A stretch of DNA of 64,000 nt from Macrostomum hystrix (Eukaryota; Animalia; Platyhelminthes): the NCBI GenBank assembly GCA_950097015.1, contig CATNEN010000030.1, forward strand, positions 4,526,001-4,590,000, given 5' to 3'. The position numbers and the translations under genes are program-made. Of the stretch, positions 46,593 through 60,009 are shown one piece after another; the first letter of the stretch is position 1, and each line of letters begins with the position of its first letter. The notes under the pieces are model-generated. The model worked only from the letters and a program-made list of their open reading frames with translations. It was not told the origin of the DNA and made no database searches.

Positions 46593-49500
46593 CTACAGCT
46601 CATCACGCAGAATGGTGTACCGATTGCGGCTAGGCGACAGTTTCTTAAATATACTCTTCGGCGGGCTGGTCGATGGGGAGAGCGGTTGCTGAGGCTGCTG
46701 CTGTGGGTTCTGATCAGTACGTGGGGCATGGTCCTTGCTGCCCGGCTGCTCCTATAGAGGTCATTTAAGGAAGGAGTTCGTTGAGCGAGCGATGCAAGTT
46801 TCTGTGCGAAATGGACTCGGCCACTTATATTTGGCAATTTCGGGACTGGGATCAGAAATCGGAAAATCGGAAAAGACCAGAAATCACCTCTCTGTTTTGA
46901 AGCATCGAATAAAAAAGGCATAAAAATCGGATGAAAATGAATCATGAAAATGTTCGGTTACACCACAGCTACTGATACGTTACATACTAAGTTTTTATGC
47001 ATTCCACCTTTTGATTCCCGTACTTAACTTATAGCTTCAGATTTAATATGAAACATATATTTTACAATTTATCAGAGCTTAAACAACTCGTGCTAAAAAC
47101 TTGATGCTGTTATGAGGTCTGCAAAAATAATAACTGTGCCTACCCAGATTTCCGTGATTAAAATTTATCAAGATCTTTTAATGCATTTGAAATAATTTTC
47201 GTTAGTAAGCTGAAAGGGGTGTAAGCTCACCGGGGTCACCTCGGCGTGCTGGGGGCTGGGCGCAGTAGTTGGGTCAGGGCCATGATGGAACTCCCTGTGC
47301 AGCTTGCCGCTCTGCAGGTCGGTCACAAACTCGGAGAATAGCTCCGGATGGTTCTGCAGACTATCGCGCACATCATGCTGGAACACGTACATGTGTTTGA
47401 AGCTATCAATGGCCACAACTGGCAGGTCGTTCACAGTCTTGCCCAGGTGGTGCAGTGGGTGTGAGAATATGGTACCTTGGCCGACTAGGAAATTGACGCT
47501 ACCTGACAAAGCGAAAATAACGATCATGCATGAGTCACACACAACTGGCAGGGCACCAAGGCAAGTTTCATGCTTCAATCAAGCCTAAACCAGGTGGTTC
47601 AGCACAGTTCACAAAAAACTAAACACACACATATCATTATAGACCGATGTTATGCGGCGCTAGATTCGCTAGTCAGCAATGGGCTACCTGGTTTTCACAT
47701 TCTTTTTCAAAGAAGGCACAGACTTCGAACAAACGTACGCCTGTGCTGAGTCAGATGTCTTTCCACAACAGATTTGAACAAATCCACTAGAGCCGTGTCG
47801 CCGCTTGGATAGAACAGAATGAAGAACGGTAGGCCCTCCTCGGTTAGCTCTTCTGCATTCTGGAAAGTGATCTCGCGCACAAAAGGGACGCACTGGGACA
47901 GAACGAATTCTTTCAGTGAGTCCTCGCCTGATTTCGGAAGGTTAATGCGACTTATTGTGTCCGGCTGAAAAATGGACCAGCGACAAAAATGCTATGATAT
48001 CAGCTGCTAATGGCTACTTACTAGTACTATACACAGAAACGACAAAGTATTTGAAGCGTAGGTACAAAAAGCTAGTAAAACTTACCCCTTTCTGGAAAAC
48101 TATTTTTTCCGGTTCATCTTTTAGTCTGGAAAAAAATAACAAATATTACTTGCAAACACATCTTCACATTCACATTTGAATTCGCTGCAACCAATTCTGC
48201 TTTTCTGCAGGTTTAACACTGGATACTTGCGACAAGCTGTCAATATGTTTATATGAATAATGTCAAAACATGAAATATAAGAATCAGTTATAAACCATTT
48301 TCATACGTAGGTGATAATGAAGGTGAAAAATCCGGAATATTGATTGTGGAAATGAACTTTAAAGCAGAAAAGATATCAGGTGCGTGTTTTTTAATAACAC
48401 TGCATGATAAAAATTGTCAAACAGTTTAACAGCTTGTCGCGAGTGCTCAAATTGTTAAATTTGAATGATTCAACGCAAACTCATTGAAACTCATTGTAAC
48501 AGTAAGCTTGCTTAGCACGGGAATAAGTGGGCTTAGAGAAGATATATTAGCCAATATTACGCTCAGTCATCCTATTTGCCTCAGTGTTTAAAAACACAGG
48601 TAGTCTTAGATTGCTAGACAAGCTTGGAGGCCACTAATCACACGTACCCGGTGACGCTGATAAACCGACAGTCGTCTCGCAGCATGGAAGCCACGCGGGA
48701 GAACTCCTCGTAGGCTGCCGACTTGTTGGAAGTGAAGAAGCCGATGATGCCTCCCTGGTCGTTCTCCAGTGGTATGGGCACAGCGTCCGCAGACTCGTGC
48801 TCGGACTTGATCACCTGTCGTATTAATTATTAAGATAGTAATGCTAACCCTAACTGTAAATAGAAAAGATCAATAATAATTCAGCATTTGTTGATCCTTA
48901 GGCAAGTTAAGCAACTTACATGAACCATGGAGTCGGTGAGCTGCGACCTGACGAATTCGCTGATCCCTTCAACTGAGCGCTGGCCGCGGTACTCCCGCTT
49001 CTGCATCTGGCCATATCTGATACGGGTGACAGTGGACATGCGGCTTGTTGGCGCATCTATCAGTTGCTGCTCACGAAACTGACTAGCTTAGTAAAGCCAA
49101 TTTACAAAATGGATCTCAATCATGTAATTCACATTTGTTTATCTCGAGGTGGAACAATGCCAACTCTCATATTTTTTTTACTAAAGTTGGATTTCTCATC
49201 TTCAGCTCCCTAATGTATCAATGTGTAAGTCAATTGAGCATGGAAATGAACAACGCACCTGAAAACTTTCATGGTGGGATACTTGTTAACTTTGTAAGAC
49301 TGCGCCAATTTGACCTCGCGATCGCAGTCTACTTTACCAATAGTCAACTGAGAGTTGTCAGGAAATTCATCCTTTAGTTTTTTGCCCACCTCCTCGATGA
49401 TTGGCGAGAGCGCCTGGCTAAAGTGGCACCAGTCGGCATAGAAGTTCACAAAGCTCAGCTTTGAAGCAGCTGCGAATGAAAGATTTGGGCACATATTTGT

Positions 49501-49660
49501 TCAACAGATTGAACTGTTCTAGGGTCTCTAAATGTATTAAAATTTGGTTGATAGCTGGTGACTTACCAAGTACTTCTTTTACATTTCCATCATTTAGCTG
49601 GATAACAGAAGCGCTCGTAATTGACAGGCTCAAAATGAGGAGACAAACTGATTTTAACAT
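46593..49660 (-). CDS. ERP44: Endoplasmic reticulum resident protein 44 (thioredoxin/PDI family), 407 aa, 8 exons
   Basis: Exons 49660-49567, 49469-49259, 49016-48920, 48814-48648, 48125-48086, 47964-47739, 47502-47231 and 46709-46593 are all GT-AG and phase-matched, totalling 1224 nt. Motifs include a signal peptide, FYADWCHFS, KYPTMKVFR, REYRGQRS, VREITFQNAEELTEEGLPF, IDSFKHMY, SGKLHREFHHGPD and C-terminal RYTILRDEL. Confidence 0.97.
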
Positions 49661-50091
49661 TGCTTCTGTAATTGATTATCAAGTGAAATGTGATACAAAT
49701 TTGATGTGATAGAAAACAACACTAATGAATTATGAAAACAAAAGTTAATGATATACGAGTACAAATTTTAATTATTGTGGAAATTATTTCGAAATCTTTT
49801 TTTGCTAAGACTAAGAAATTTTTTGCAACAGAGCTAGAGTAAACATAGAAAGTGCAGGTTTTAAGCTTCTCAAGCATGGCTAAATGTTTAGTGAAAATTT
49901 GTTAAAATGTGTCTACATAAAAAATACTATATATGGCATACTTAGTTTTACAAGTAAAGCTATTTTTAACTATTTAGCATCTAGTAATACTTTGGTTTAA
50001 ATTTTTCTCTATTTTCACTAAAGAATTAACTAGCTATTTTGATATATATATTATGGTTGTCTCAAAGCTAAAAACACATGGACTACAATTG

Positions 50092-50400
50092 TAGCCTAGT
50101 GATTAGAGGCTCAGACTCATGACTTGAAGGTTGGAGTTGTCATTCCCAACTCCACTAGAACAATATTTGTCATTAGAAAGGCACTTAGGTAACTTACATG
50201 GGTAACAACATTAGCTAGGGTTATTGATATTGGGTGTGGCCTTGCACTCCCAATCCTTCCTATTAGCCCATAGAGTCAGACTGAACAGCTATACCAATGC
50301 ACCCTTCAGATGCCTCACACAATACCTGCCAATAAACTGTTGGCTACATTTCTGGCCCAGTAGGGGATGGTATACTATAAAATAACTACTCTAAAAGGTA
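50092..50400 (+). mobile_element. tRNA-derived SINE, family B copy (degenerate)
   Basis: The head tagcctagtgattagaggctcagactcatgacttgaagg resembles the reverse complement of 25100-25154. The 3' end is approximate. Confidence 0.45.
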
Positions 50401-53007
50401 ATCAGTTTTATTTTGTGGACATTTTGTACTAATAATACAAATTTTTGCTTCCATGTAAAAATGGCCTCGATCAAAATGACCACAAATAAAAATACAACTA
50501 CCATTTTTTAATTAATTGTTAAGACAATAAAGCATGAAAGTTCTAATTCTGCTCATCTAGAAATTTATAGATGCATCTAAAATATGGCAATGCTCATTCA
50601 GACTTTTTAATATTTGCACACATACCAACTTTTTTTATTGTCAACTGTCACCAGTTTCTTTTAAACTACAAACATATTTCTAACCTGAACTAAAGGTAAA
50701 AAGCATGTTAAGTTTGTTTTGCTTACAGATAGTTAATAGCAAACTAATAAAATATTTATCTTAGACTAGGCTAGGCCTATATAGAGGATTGTTGTATATA
50801 GGCCTAAAACTCTATTGGGTAAAGCACCAACTCACTCATCATGAATATAAGAAAAATTGCATGAGCATTTGTTTCATTTTGATATAATATTTTATATTTA
50901 ACATAATAATATGACAACATTATAAAACATAGAAAATCTAAAATATAGATAGGCCTAAGACTGGTGTTTTTTGTTTTAAAGATTCTATATTGGATGACTA
51001 AATAGTTTTACTCATTATTCTATATTTTATTTCTGGTTATATAGGCCTAGCCTAGATGACAAGGTAGCAATAAGCAAATACCAAGCTACCTAACATAGAT
51101 GAGCTAACACTAGGCATATGCATATTAAATAGTTTAATTCACTTTACTTATTTTATTTCCTTCACTAATTGATTTGTGAGTCTACTTTGTTAAATCTATT
51201 TATGGCTTCTAAAAAGCCTAGTTGGCAAGTCCTGTGTAGCAAAAATAATTACTAGGCCACTGCCTCTTGGCTCTTGATTCTAGCTAAGCCCACTTAAACA
51301 TTTTAGTAAAAAACTAAAACAACTAAAATATGAATGTACATTTTAAGTAGGGCTTAGGCCTATAAGCTAGCTAGGCCCTACATCTACATATTATTCTTAG
51401 CCTGTTTAGTTAAGAAAATAAAGTAGAAAAATACACAAAAGCAAGTAGTTTACACTGCTACAGTTTAGACTTATTAAAATATGTGGACATCCAATATTGA
51501 CTAGGCCCTACAAATATTCGTAATAACCATCGCTTGATTTTAGGGCCTAGGCCCAGTGCTACAGACAGAGAGTTTTTTATGAAGTATACTAAAATTATAT
51601 ATAGGCCTAGGCCCTAATACTATAATGCTATAGTATTGCTATTTTATAGTATAGTATATAACTATACATAATACTGTATATATATCTTTTTTCAATATAA
51701 TAGCATATGAGACCCCTAAAAAAATAATAACAGTTCTTTGAGACCCCTTTGCTTAGCCTAAGTCTAGGCCTATAATATACTATATAAAGCTGTCAGTAGG
51801 CCTAATGTTAATGTGTCTCTAGAGTCAAGTTATCACCGAAATTCTAAGGAATGTCAATATCATGGAATTTCTATGCTAGATAGGCACATGGTAATTAATA
51901 ACTACTTGTTCTGATTGTTCAGTAATTACCTAATTTTTTACTGAGCAGGTAAAAAAGCAAATTATAAAGTAAATAAAGGAAATAACTTGTAATTGTAGGC
52001 CTATGTAAAGTAAATAACTTTATATACAACGAAAACACCTCAGCTCTAGCTCTAGGAAAAAAATTAATTTGCATTGTGCATCACGCTCTTTACCATGCTT
52101 GCTAACAACTTGTTATAAGCTTCTAGTTACATTTTTACCACTGAAAATTATCCATAAAAGTGAGTTCATAGAAAGTCAACGGAACCGAAGTATTGACACG
52201 ATTTGGCGCAAAATTGAATTTTCGTGTTAAATGTTTTTTTCCTATGATAGGTCTCGCTTCTCTTTGCCTTCGCTTGTTAGCTGTATCCGTATTTTGGTGC
52301 TTAGTTTCATAGTTTCTTTAGGCATCAGTCCACTTTCTCCATTTCCCTATTCCTCTTTCGTGTTTCTGTCTTGTCGTGCTGTAATACATTCTTGAAGTTG
52401 CACGTCACTGGTCCGTTTGTACTGGAGCACGCCGACCAAGGATCCTGTGACCTTGGAGTGTAGGTCTTTGAGTTTCTCTTTTGGTAGATCAGACAATCTA
52501 CGCCGATCCTGTTTTCAACTCGAAATTTGTCGATTAGTCAGGTTACAAATTACAATCTTCCGATCGCGACCCGGAAGCGCGATAATGCGGGCCATTTAGA
52601 TATAAGAGGGTGCGAGCCAGTTGGTCAGGGTTCTTGTCATCAACTTGCTTCTCCCAAGATTGCGCTTCTTCGTCAAAAAAAATTCAGCGCTCTTGCGCTT
52701 TAGGCAGTAAAGTACATATTCGTGCTGTACATAAACGTAACACACTATTCAAAGCTCGCTACTGTATTAGTAGTACAATTGGAATTATAATGGTTGCAAG
52801 CTATGAGCATTTACATTTACAACAACAAAAGGTTTTGTTGTATTGAACAAAAACAACCAGACAGACACACTGCTAATACTACATTATTATGTCAGGCTAT
52901 ACAATGTCTTATACTTCATGTATTTGTGGGAACCGAAATGCATTAAAAATCTACCGAAAAGCAGGACCAGGCGCCCAAAAGCCTGGCACCGAACAGCGCA
53001 GGTGTGC

Positions 53008-53064
53008 GGTCGTTTCGTCTGCCGCCATTTCGTCTGCCGTAGTATTTTGGCAGACGAAACGACC
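53008..53064. repeat. 16-bp perfect inverted repeat (GGTCGTTTCGTCTGCC / GGCAGACGAAACGACC), MITE-like remnant
   Basis: The arms are 53008-53023 and 53049-53064, with an internal partial copy tttcgtctgccg. Confidence 0.75.
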
Positions 53065-55315
53065 ATTTTATTTATGGTTTTTTGGTTTATTTATTCACTA
53101 TTTTTAATGTAAGGTATTAAAATAAATTAGTATAAGCAAGTTAAGTATATTTTTTGTTTTTATATGCCATATAAATACATATAAATATATTCGTGCAATG
53201 GTGTTAGTAAAGTATAAGGACACAAAATTATTAAAAACTGCCATGCATTTTTACGTGGCAATGCCCATTTCAATCGCCATCTAATAAATCTAGAGGCAAT
53301 ACGTATTGAAGATGGCATGCACCGTCTAATTAAAGGTATAACAGGTTGATGTAGTCAAATTCCAATGTTTTTTTTTGCTTTGATTTCCGACGTTTTCGCG
53401 ATGTCAAAGTCTTACGAAAAAATGCCGCGACTTTCGCGACCTACTGCGACGCTTACGCGACGTTGCCGCGACGAAGTGTGTTACTAGGGTTGTTAGTGCA
53501 TGCGCGCCCCAGCCCAGGCATACGCACGCGACCGGCCGGTCACCCTGCTCTACAGCCAAGGCATCTGCCAATAGAAAGACGGCTGGCCAATCTGATGCGA
53601 CCCTACTCAAGCGTGACACCCCGGGCCGGGCCAATATAAGACTTAGAAATCTGAAAAGAACTCGAGAGAAAACTTTCGCCTAGAGGTCAAGCAACTTTCG
53701 CCTAGAGGTCAAGCAACTAAGAATAGATAGATTAGATAAATACTCGCCCCGAGTTTTCACTTTCATTTCAGCGCAACACGGCCCGGTCCAACTCAACGTG
53801 GTATGGTCCGATACGACACGGCCCGGCCTAATCTGACCCGATCCTGCCCGACGTAGGTCCAACGTGACATGGACCCGACCGGACTCACCCGACCTGGCAC
53901 GGCCTGACGCGACCTGGCCCGGCCAGGCCTACAACATCGGAGCCTGCCTGAGCCCTATCTGGAGATGAGACCTGGAAGACGCCGGGACCGCCCAAGAAGA
54001 CCTGGAGCGACGGAGGGACAGTGACAAACAAACACTAGATAAAAGGGGATTCCATAGAAACGGGCAATCTTCTAACGCAACTAACGCTTTTAGGCCTTTG
54101 ACCCGCCCTCCATAGGACAGGGGTTGGCGTGCCTGCCAACCAAGTATTCTAATGTTTTGTGCTGATTTGGAATCGGGGCTGCGACCCCACTCGACCCATT
54201 ATCACCAAGCGCTCTGATTGATAAAGTTTTATCACCCTCCCAAGTGAGGGATTTTCAAACAATATATAAATCGAAGCGGAGCGCGGGAAAAAGGACCGCC
54301 GCTGATTTTAGTTAGAGAGTCATCTCTACGTTCTATTAAGTTAGCAATTTAATATAAACTTACTGTGTTTGAGTTCTATCTTCATTGACTTCAGAGAGAG
54401 GAATCCGAGAGATCGATCAGCCGTGATACTGAGAACGATAGTCGTTAGGAAGTATAGCCTTCAAGACAAGAGACTGCAACAGACCGCTAGACTACATTGA
54501 CACGAGAGAGACGACAAAAACTTGAAGCGCTATAGCCAATCAGCGGACAGTTCGTCAACCGGTAGGGTCGACCTGGCAGTACAGTGGAACGAGCGGCGTG
54601 GTCGGCACCCAGGCTTTGATGGGGATTGGGCGGGCATTTGACTATATATAACTGACTATTGCGTTGTAATGAAAGGCCCCTTTGTCCTCCTTTTTTCTTT
54701 TCCGTGTTGTTACGCCTTCAATCTGTCGTTGCATAGTCGAGTCATGATACCGGGACAGGTAAACCGGTCCAACCAGCTAGTCGGAGAAAACCCCACACTC
54801 AATCCCACGTCAGTATAAGTAGCTTGGGCTAAGCTCGGCACGTGGCCAACTGCAGACGGATCGTGTTAGACAGGGATTGGCAAGCACGGGAAGTACTCTC
54901 CATATCGCCAACAATCATCGGTGGGACGCCGTCGAATTGACATTTGGTGTGGCACGGTAGAAATATCGTCGTGCCATATTGCGGAAGTGCTTGCTGGTCG
55001 CCTCGGTTTCAGTCTAGGGACTTTGGGTTAGGTTTTCGTGTTATTGGGCCTTTGTAGCGGGTTGCCGAGTTGGCTTCGCTAACGAGTTCGTGTTTATTTG
55101 AGTTCGCAAAAAGGGGTGAGGGCTCTGTGCCCGAGACAAAGAGCCTTATAAAGGCCAGCGCGACTTCTCCATGTCCCCAACCCCACTGAGGATCGCAAAC
55201 CAATGCGACTGCGCGAGCAGGGGTGACGCATCCGCCCAGACAGTGGTGTGATGTCTGGGGCCGGCTGTCTGGGGTAGAGTGCACTCTCCGCCACAGAGCT
55301 CCCCCCAGCGCTGGC

Positions 55316-58300
55316 CTACGGTGGCTGCCGGCATCGACGGCTGGGCTGCTGACGGCAAGCTGGTTGCTTTTGCGGCGGAACGCGTGGGGCCTCTGTGGTG
55401 CTGGCTGGCTCGTTGGCGGTCAGAGGAGGGGTGCATTCCGCGGGGTTCCGTGGAGGACGGCCGCGAGGCCGCAGCGCAGGCAAGGGCACTGGACACGTTG
55501 GATCAATCGTCGCTGGCTTCAGCCGGTCCACGGAGACGTGGTCACGCCGGGTGCCAAGATCTAGCAGGAAAACCTTGGCGCCCCGCTCCAGCACCTTGAA
55601 TGGGCCATCGTACGGCCTCTGGAGCGCCGAACGGTGACCATCGCGCCTGACGAAAACGTGCGTGCAGGTATCGAGGGCGGGCGGCCAGGAGTGCGGGCGG
55701 TGGCCGTGCTGAGAGGTCGGCGGTGGGCGGAACGCCCGAACAGCGCTACGCAGGCTGGCAAGGAACTCGCCTTGGCTGCATGAGGGCTGACAGGCCTGTA
55801 AGCATTCGCCGGGCACCGTCAGCGGCGCACCGTAAACCAGCTCGGCTGACGAAACTGCGAAGTCCTCCTTAGGAGCCGTTCGAATGCCTAGAAGCACCCA
55901 CGGGAGCTCAGCGGTCCAGGCTGGCCCGGTTAGCCGCGCCATCAAGGAAGCCTTGAGCTGTCTGTGGAATCGCTCGACGAGCCCGTTGGCCTGCGGGTGA
56001 AACGCTGTCGTGTGATGGAGCTGCATGCCCAGCAGGCGAGACACGTTGGTCCAGAGCTCCGAGGTGAATTGGGCTCCGCGGTCTGATGTGATTTCGCGGG
56101 GAACGCCGAAACGGGCGATCCAGTGGGCGATGAACGAGGAAGCGCAGGTGGCTGCCGAGGTGTCAGACAAAGGGATGGCCTCGGGCCATCGGGTGAAGCG
56201 GTCGACCACAGTCAGCAGGTGCGTGAACCCCTGCGAGGGTGGCAGAGGGCCCACGAGGTCGATATGCACATGTTCGAAACGCGCTCCTGGCACTGGGATG
56301 CTGTCGGGTGTGGTGGCCACGTGTCGCTGCACCTTGGCTGTCTAACAAGCGATGCAGGCGCGCGCCCACTGGCCGACGTCGCGGTTCAGGCCGGGCCAGA
56401 CGAAGCGATCGGCTACCAAGCGGCGGGTGCTGCGGATTGACGGGTGTGCCAGGCTGTGGATCGCCTCGAACACTGATCGACGGAAAGCTGGCGGCACCAA
56501 CGGGCGCGGCCGGCCGGTGGAAGTGTCGCAAAGCAGATCCAATCCTGGGCGCATGGCCACGCGCTTCAGCTGAAGCCCGGAATCTTGCGGCATCGGCTCG
56601 CCGAGTTTCTGTGCCTGTGCCATGGCTGTGTAGTCGACTCCGGGCATCACACTTGCGATTGTGCAGCGGGACAGCGCATCGGCCACGGGATTGTCCTTTC
56701 CAGGGACGTGCCGGATGTCGGTGGTGTACTCTGACACGTAGGCGAGGTGCCGCTGCTGTCGGGCGGACCACGGCTCGGACAGTTTGGCCATGGCTGCGGC
56801 GAGTGGCTGGTGGTCGGTGAACGCGGTAAAAGGGCGGCCTTCCAGGAGGAAGCGGAAATGGCGGGTGGCCAGGTAGAGCGCCAAAAACTCGCGGTCGAAA
56901 GCGCTGTACTTCTGCTCTGGGGGCCGCAGTTGCTTACTGAAAAATGCAAGCGGCTTCCACAGGCCGCCGACCCGCTGCTCGAGGACGGCTCCGACGGCCG
57001 TTTGCGAGGCGTCAACGGTGAGTGCCGTGGGCGCCTCCGGGTCAGGGTGCACCAGCATGACTGCGTCGGCCAGGGCTCGCTTTGTGTCCTCGAATGCGTC
57101 GGTCAACTCCTGCGTCCACTGCAGTAGCTTCTCCTTGCCAGCCATTGCGCGATAGATTGGGCGAAGGAGCTGGGCGGCTCGCGGCACGAAACGGTGGTAG
57201 AAATTCACCATGCCAGTGAACTCCTGCAGGCCCTTGACTGTCGTAGGGGGCGCAAATTTGCGTATGGTTTCGACCTTGTCAGGCAATGGCACGGCTCCCT
57301 GGCTGCTGATTCTATGGCCCAGGAAGTCGATTTCGCTACGGCCGAACTGGCATTTGGCCGGGTTGAGCAACAAGCCATTGTCTGCCAGCCGCTGGAATAG
57401 GACTCTCAGGTCGGACTGGTGTTGTTCCGGGCTGCTGCTTGCTACCAGGAAATCATCGATGTAGGCAAACACGGACGGCAGGTCCTGGCAGATGGAGTCC
57501 ACGAGCCGCTGGAAAGCCTGGGCCGCGTTCTTTAGCCCGAAGGGCATTCTGAGGAATTCGAAAAGGCCGAAGGGCGTAATGACGGCCGTCTTGGGAATGT
57601 CGGCCTCTGCGACAGGGATCTGGTGGTATCCGCGCACCAGGTCGACCTTGGAGAAGATGGAGCAACCTGCCAGACGCGCGGAGAAGTCCTGGATGTGCGG
57701 TACAGGGTAACGGTCCGGCACAGTTGCGTCGTTAAGGCGCCGGAAATCGCCGCAAGGCCGCCATCCGCCAGATGACTTCGGCACCATGTGCAACGGAGAA
57801 GACCAAGGGCTGCTGGAGCGCCGCACGATTCCGAGCTGTTCGAGCGTTCGGAACTCTTCCTTGGCTGCTGCCAGTTTGTCGGGTGGCAGGCGGCGGGCGC
57901 GGGCGTGCACCGGTGGACCCTGCGTGGGTATGTGGTGCTCGATGCCGTGGCGTGGAGTGGCTTTCTTGAAACTCGGCTCGGTGATGCTGGGGAACTCGGC
58001 CAGTATCCGGCTGTAGGTGTCGCTGGCCACGGCTGCGGCGATCTGGGGTGCTGGTCCAGTGCCGGGCAGCAGGTGCACGCTGGCCAGAGAGCTGGCATCA
58101 AGGAGGCGGCGGTTAGGCAAATCCACCAGCAATCCGTGATAGCGTAGGAAGTCTGCGCCGATCAATGGCCGTGCGACCTCAGCCAACAAAAAGGGCCAAG
58201 TACAGGTCTTGAGGCCGATGTCCAGCGTGATAGTCCGACTGCCGAATGTACGGATGCGCGTGCCGTTGGCGGCGAACAGAGGCGGGCCAGTGGGCTGGTG

Positions 58301-58447
58301 ACGGGTGTCGGTGCCGGTGGCTGGAAAGATGCTGACCTCCGCGCCTGTGTCCACCAGGAAACGTCGGCCTGTGTGCACGTCGGGGATGAGCAGCAGATTG
58401 TTGCCGGCCGCCGAGATGGTCAGTGGCGACCGGCCTGCCCGTTTCCC
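55316..58447 (-). pseudogene. pol: pol (protease, RT, RNase H, integrase) interrupted by one in-frame TAG
   Basis: Motifs include [24 protein letters not shown]...CIAC, HIDLVG, TSDRG and NGLVERFH. A TAG at 56344-56342 lies in CIAC*TAKVQRH and the reading frame continues beyond it. Confidence 0.93.
58403..58447 (-). promoter_or_regulatory. -1 programmed ribosomal frameshift signal (gag to pol)
   Basis: The slippery heptamer G GGA AAC (58447-58441) is followed by a 6-nt spacer and a 10-bp stem GCCGGUCGCC/GGCGGCCGGC with a 12-nt loop. Pol is in the -1 frame relative to gag. Confidence 0.85.
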
Positions 58448-59127
58448 TGGAAACTGCAGGGCTGCTGGCAACGCCTCGCCTCTGCGCCGAACTTGCGGTG
58501 GAAGTGGCATAGGCCGCTTGCGTCGGTAGACGGGCGCTGCGTTGGGCGCGGCAGCTTATTTCGACCGTTGCCGAAATGGCGTGCCGCGTGCACCTCCGCC
58601 TCGCCAGCCAACTGAGCGGATGCAGCCACTGGCTGGGGCCGGCTGGCCCAGAGCTGGTCAGCGAGCTGGCCGGCCGCCCGAGGGTCCGAAAAATCCGCAG
58701 ACACCAGCGCCATCCGGATGTCGTTGGGAAGTTGTTGACGGAAAAGCTCCTCGAACAACAGGCACGGTTTGTGATCGCCTAGCAGCGCCAGAATCTCGTC
58801 CATCAGCTCGGATGGGCGCCGGTCTCCTAGGCCGGAAAGGTTGAGCAGTCGGCTGGCGCGCTGCTGGCGTGTCAGACTAAAGGTACCGAGCAGGCGGGCC
58901 TTCAGTCCTTCATACTTGTCGGACTCCGGAGGGCTCTCCAGAACGTCCAGCAGGCGTTCAGCGGTCTGCTGATCCAGGGCGGCGACCAGATGGTAATACT
59001 TGGTTTCCTCCTGGGTGATGCCGCGCAGGAGAAACTGGGCCTCCGCCTGGATGAACCAAGCCCGCGGTTGGGCTGCCCAGAATGTGGGCAGTTTCAGTGC
59101 TACCGAGTTTTCGGTTGTAGGGGCCAT
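58420..59127 (-). CDS. gag: gag of the CsRn1-like element
   Basis: The N-terminus is VALKLPTFW...WFIQAEAQF and the C-terminus has the CHCC-type knuckle [18 protein letters not shown]. Confidence 0.93.
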   Translation of the reverse strand: MAPTTENSVALKLPTFWAAQPRAWFIQAEAQFLLRGITQEETKYYHLVAALDQQTAERLLDVLESPPESDKYEGLKARLLGTFSLTRQQRASRLLNLSGLGDRRPSELMDEILALLGDHKPCLLFEELFRQQLPNDIRMALVSADFSDPRAAGQLADQLWASRPQPVAASAQLAGEAEVHAARHFGNGRNKLPRPTQRPSTDASGLCHFHRKFGAEARRCQQPCSFQGNGQAGRH

Positions 59128-60009
59128 TGGAACGAAATGGCTGCGTCGGGCTCACCAATGTAGCGGGTTGCCGAGTTGGCTTCGCTAACGAGTTCGTGTT
59201 TATTTGAGTTCGCAAAAGGGGTGAGGGCTCTGTGCCCGAGACAAAGAGCCTTATAAAGGCCAGCGCGACTTCTCCATGTCCCCAACCCCACTGAGGATCG
59301 CAAACCAATGCGACTGCGCGAGCAGGGGTGACGCATCCGCCCAGACAGTGGTGTGATGTCTGGGGCCGGCTGTCTGGGGTAGAGTGCACTCTCCGCCACA
59401 CCTTGTTATTTGTCTGGTTTTGTTATAGGGAGTATCTGCTTTTTTGTCCAGGAGTTATTTATGTTAATTGTTGTGGTTATTTCCGTGAGTTCTTGTTTAT
59501 TATTGTCCAGAGCGTTATCGAGCTGAGATCGAGTTATCGTGATTTCGTTATTATAATCGAGTAGAGTTCGCATTGTTATTCTTGTGTTTGAGATTATGTT
59601 AAGTAAATTACCAGTAAGTTGTTGTGAATTGTGAATTGTTATATTGAATTGAATGAGTACAGTATCTGGCAGGGGACGGAAAAAGCACTGCAAGGGGAAT
59701 TAATTATTCATAGCCTTCTCTTATTAACTAATTAACACTTAAATATCAGCTGTATAGCTTTGAACTTTTGAATCGTCTTGTCTTCGTTATTTTCGAGTTA
59801 CGGCAATAGAATCTCTCGCAAACAGTAGGGCACCCGAGCTCATTTAGGATCTCAACGCGAAGAAACCTAAGTATAAAAAACTAGCCTATCGCAAATACAC
59901 TTAAAGCGCCAGCTAGAAAATTGTGACGATATTAAGGCGAAATAACGAAATCTAGTCGGCAGTTCTTGGAATCCTTAATTCTCAGATGGCAGGCTTATAG
60001 TGAATATAG

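Larger units (their letters stand above)
55053..59400 (-). mobile_element. Full-length Ty3/gypsy LTR retrotransposon, CsRn1-like clade
   Basis: The LTRs 59400-59159 (242 bp) and 55295-55053 (243 bp) have TG...CA ends and differ only by one A in a homopolymer. The TSD is CCTT (55049-55052 and 59401-59404). The PBS TGGTGAGCCCGACG is tRNA-Trp-like and the PPT is GGGGGGAG. Gag has a CHCC motif, and pol has PR, RT, RH and IN domains. Confidence 0.97.

Noticed and set aside
43119-46593. ERp44 and the 7TM gene as an operon-like pair
   Set aside because: They share a strand but are 3.4 kb apart with a satellite between them, and the sequence gives no evidence of trans-splicing.
55146-59401. Many short ORFs on both strands within the retrotransposon
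   Set aside because: They are shadows of the GC-rich gag/pol and LTR sequence.
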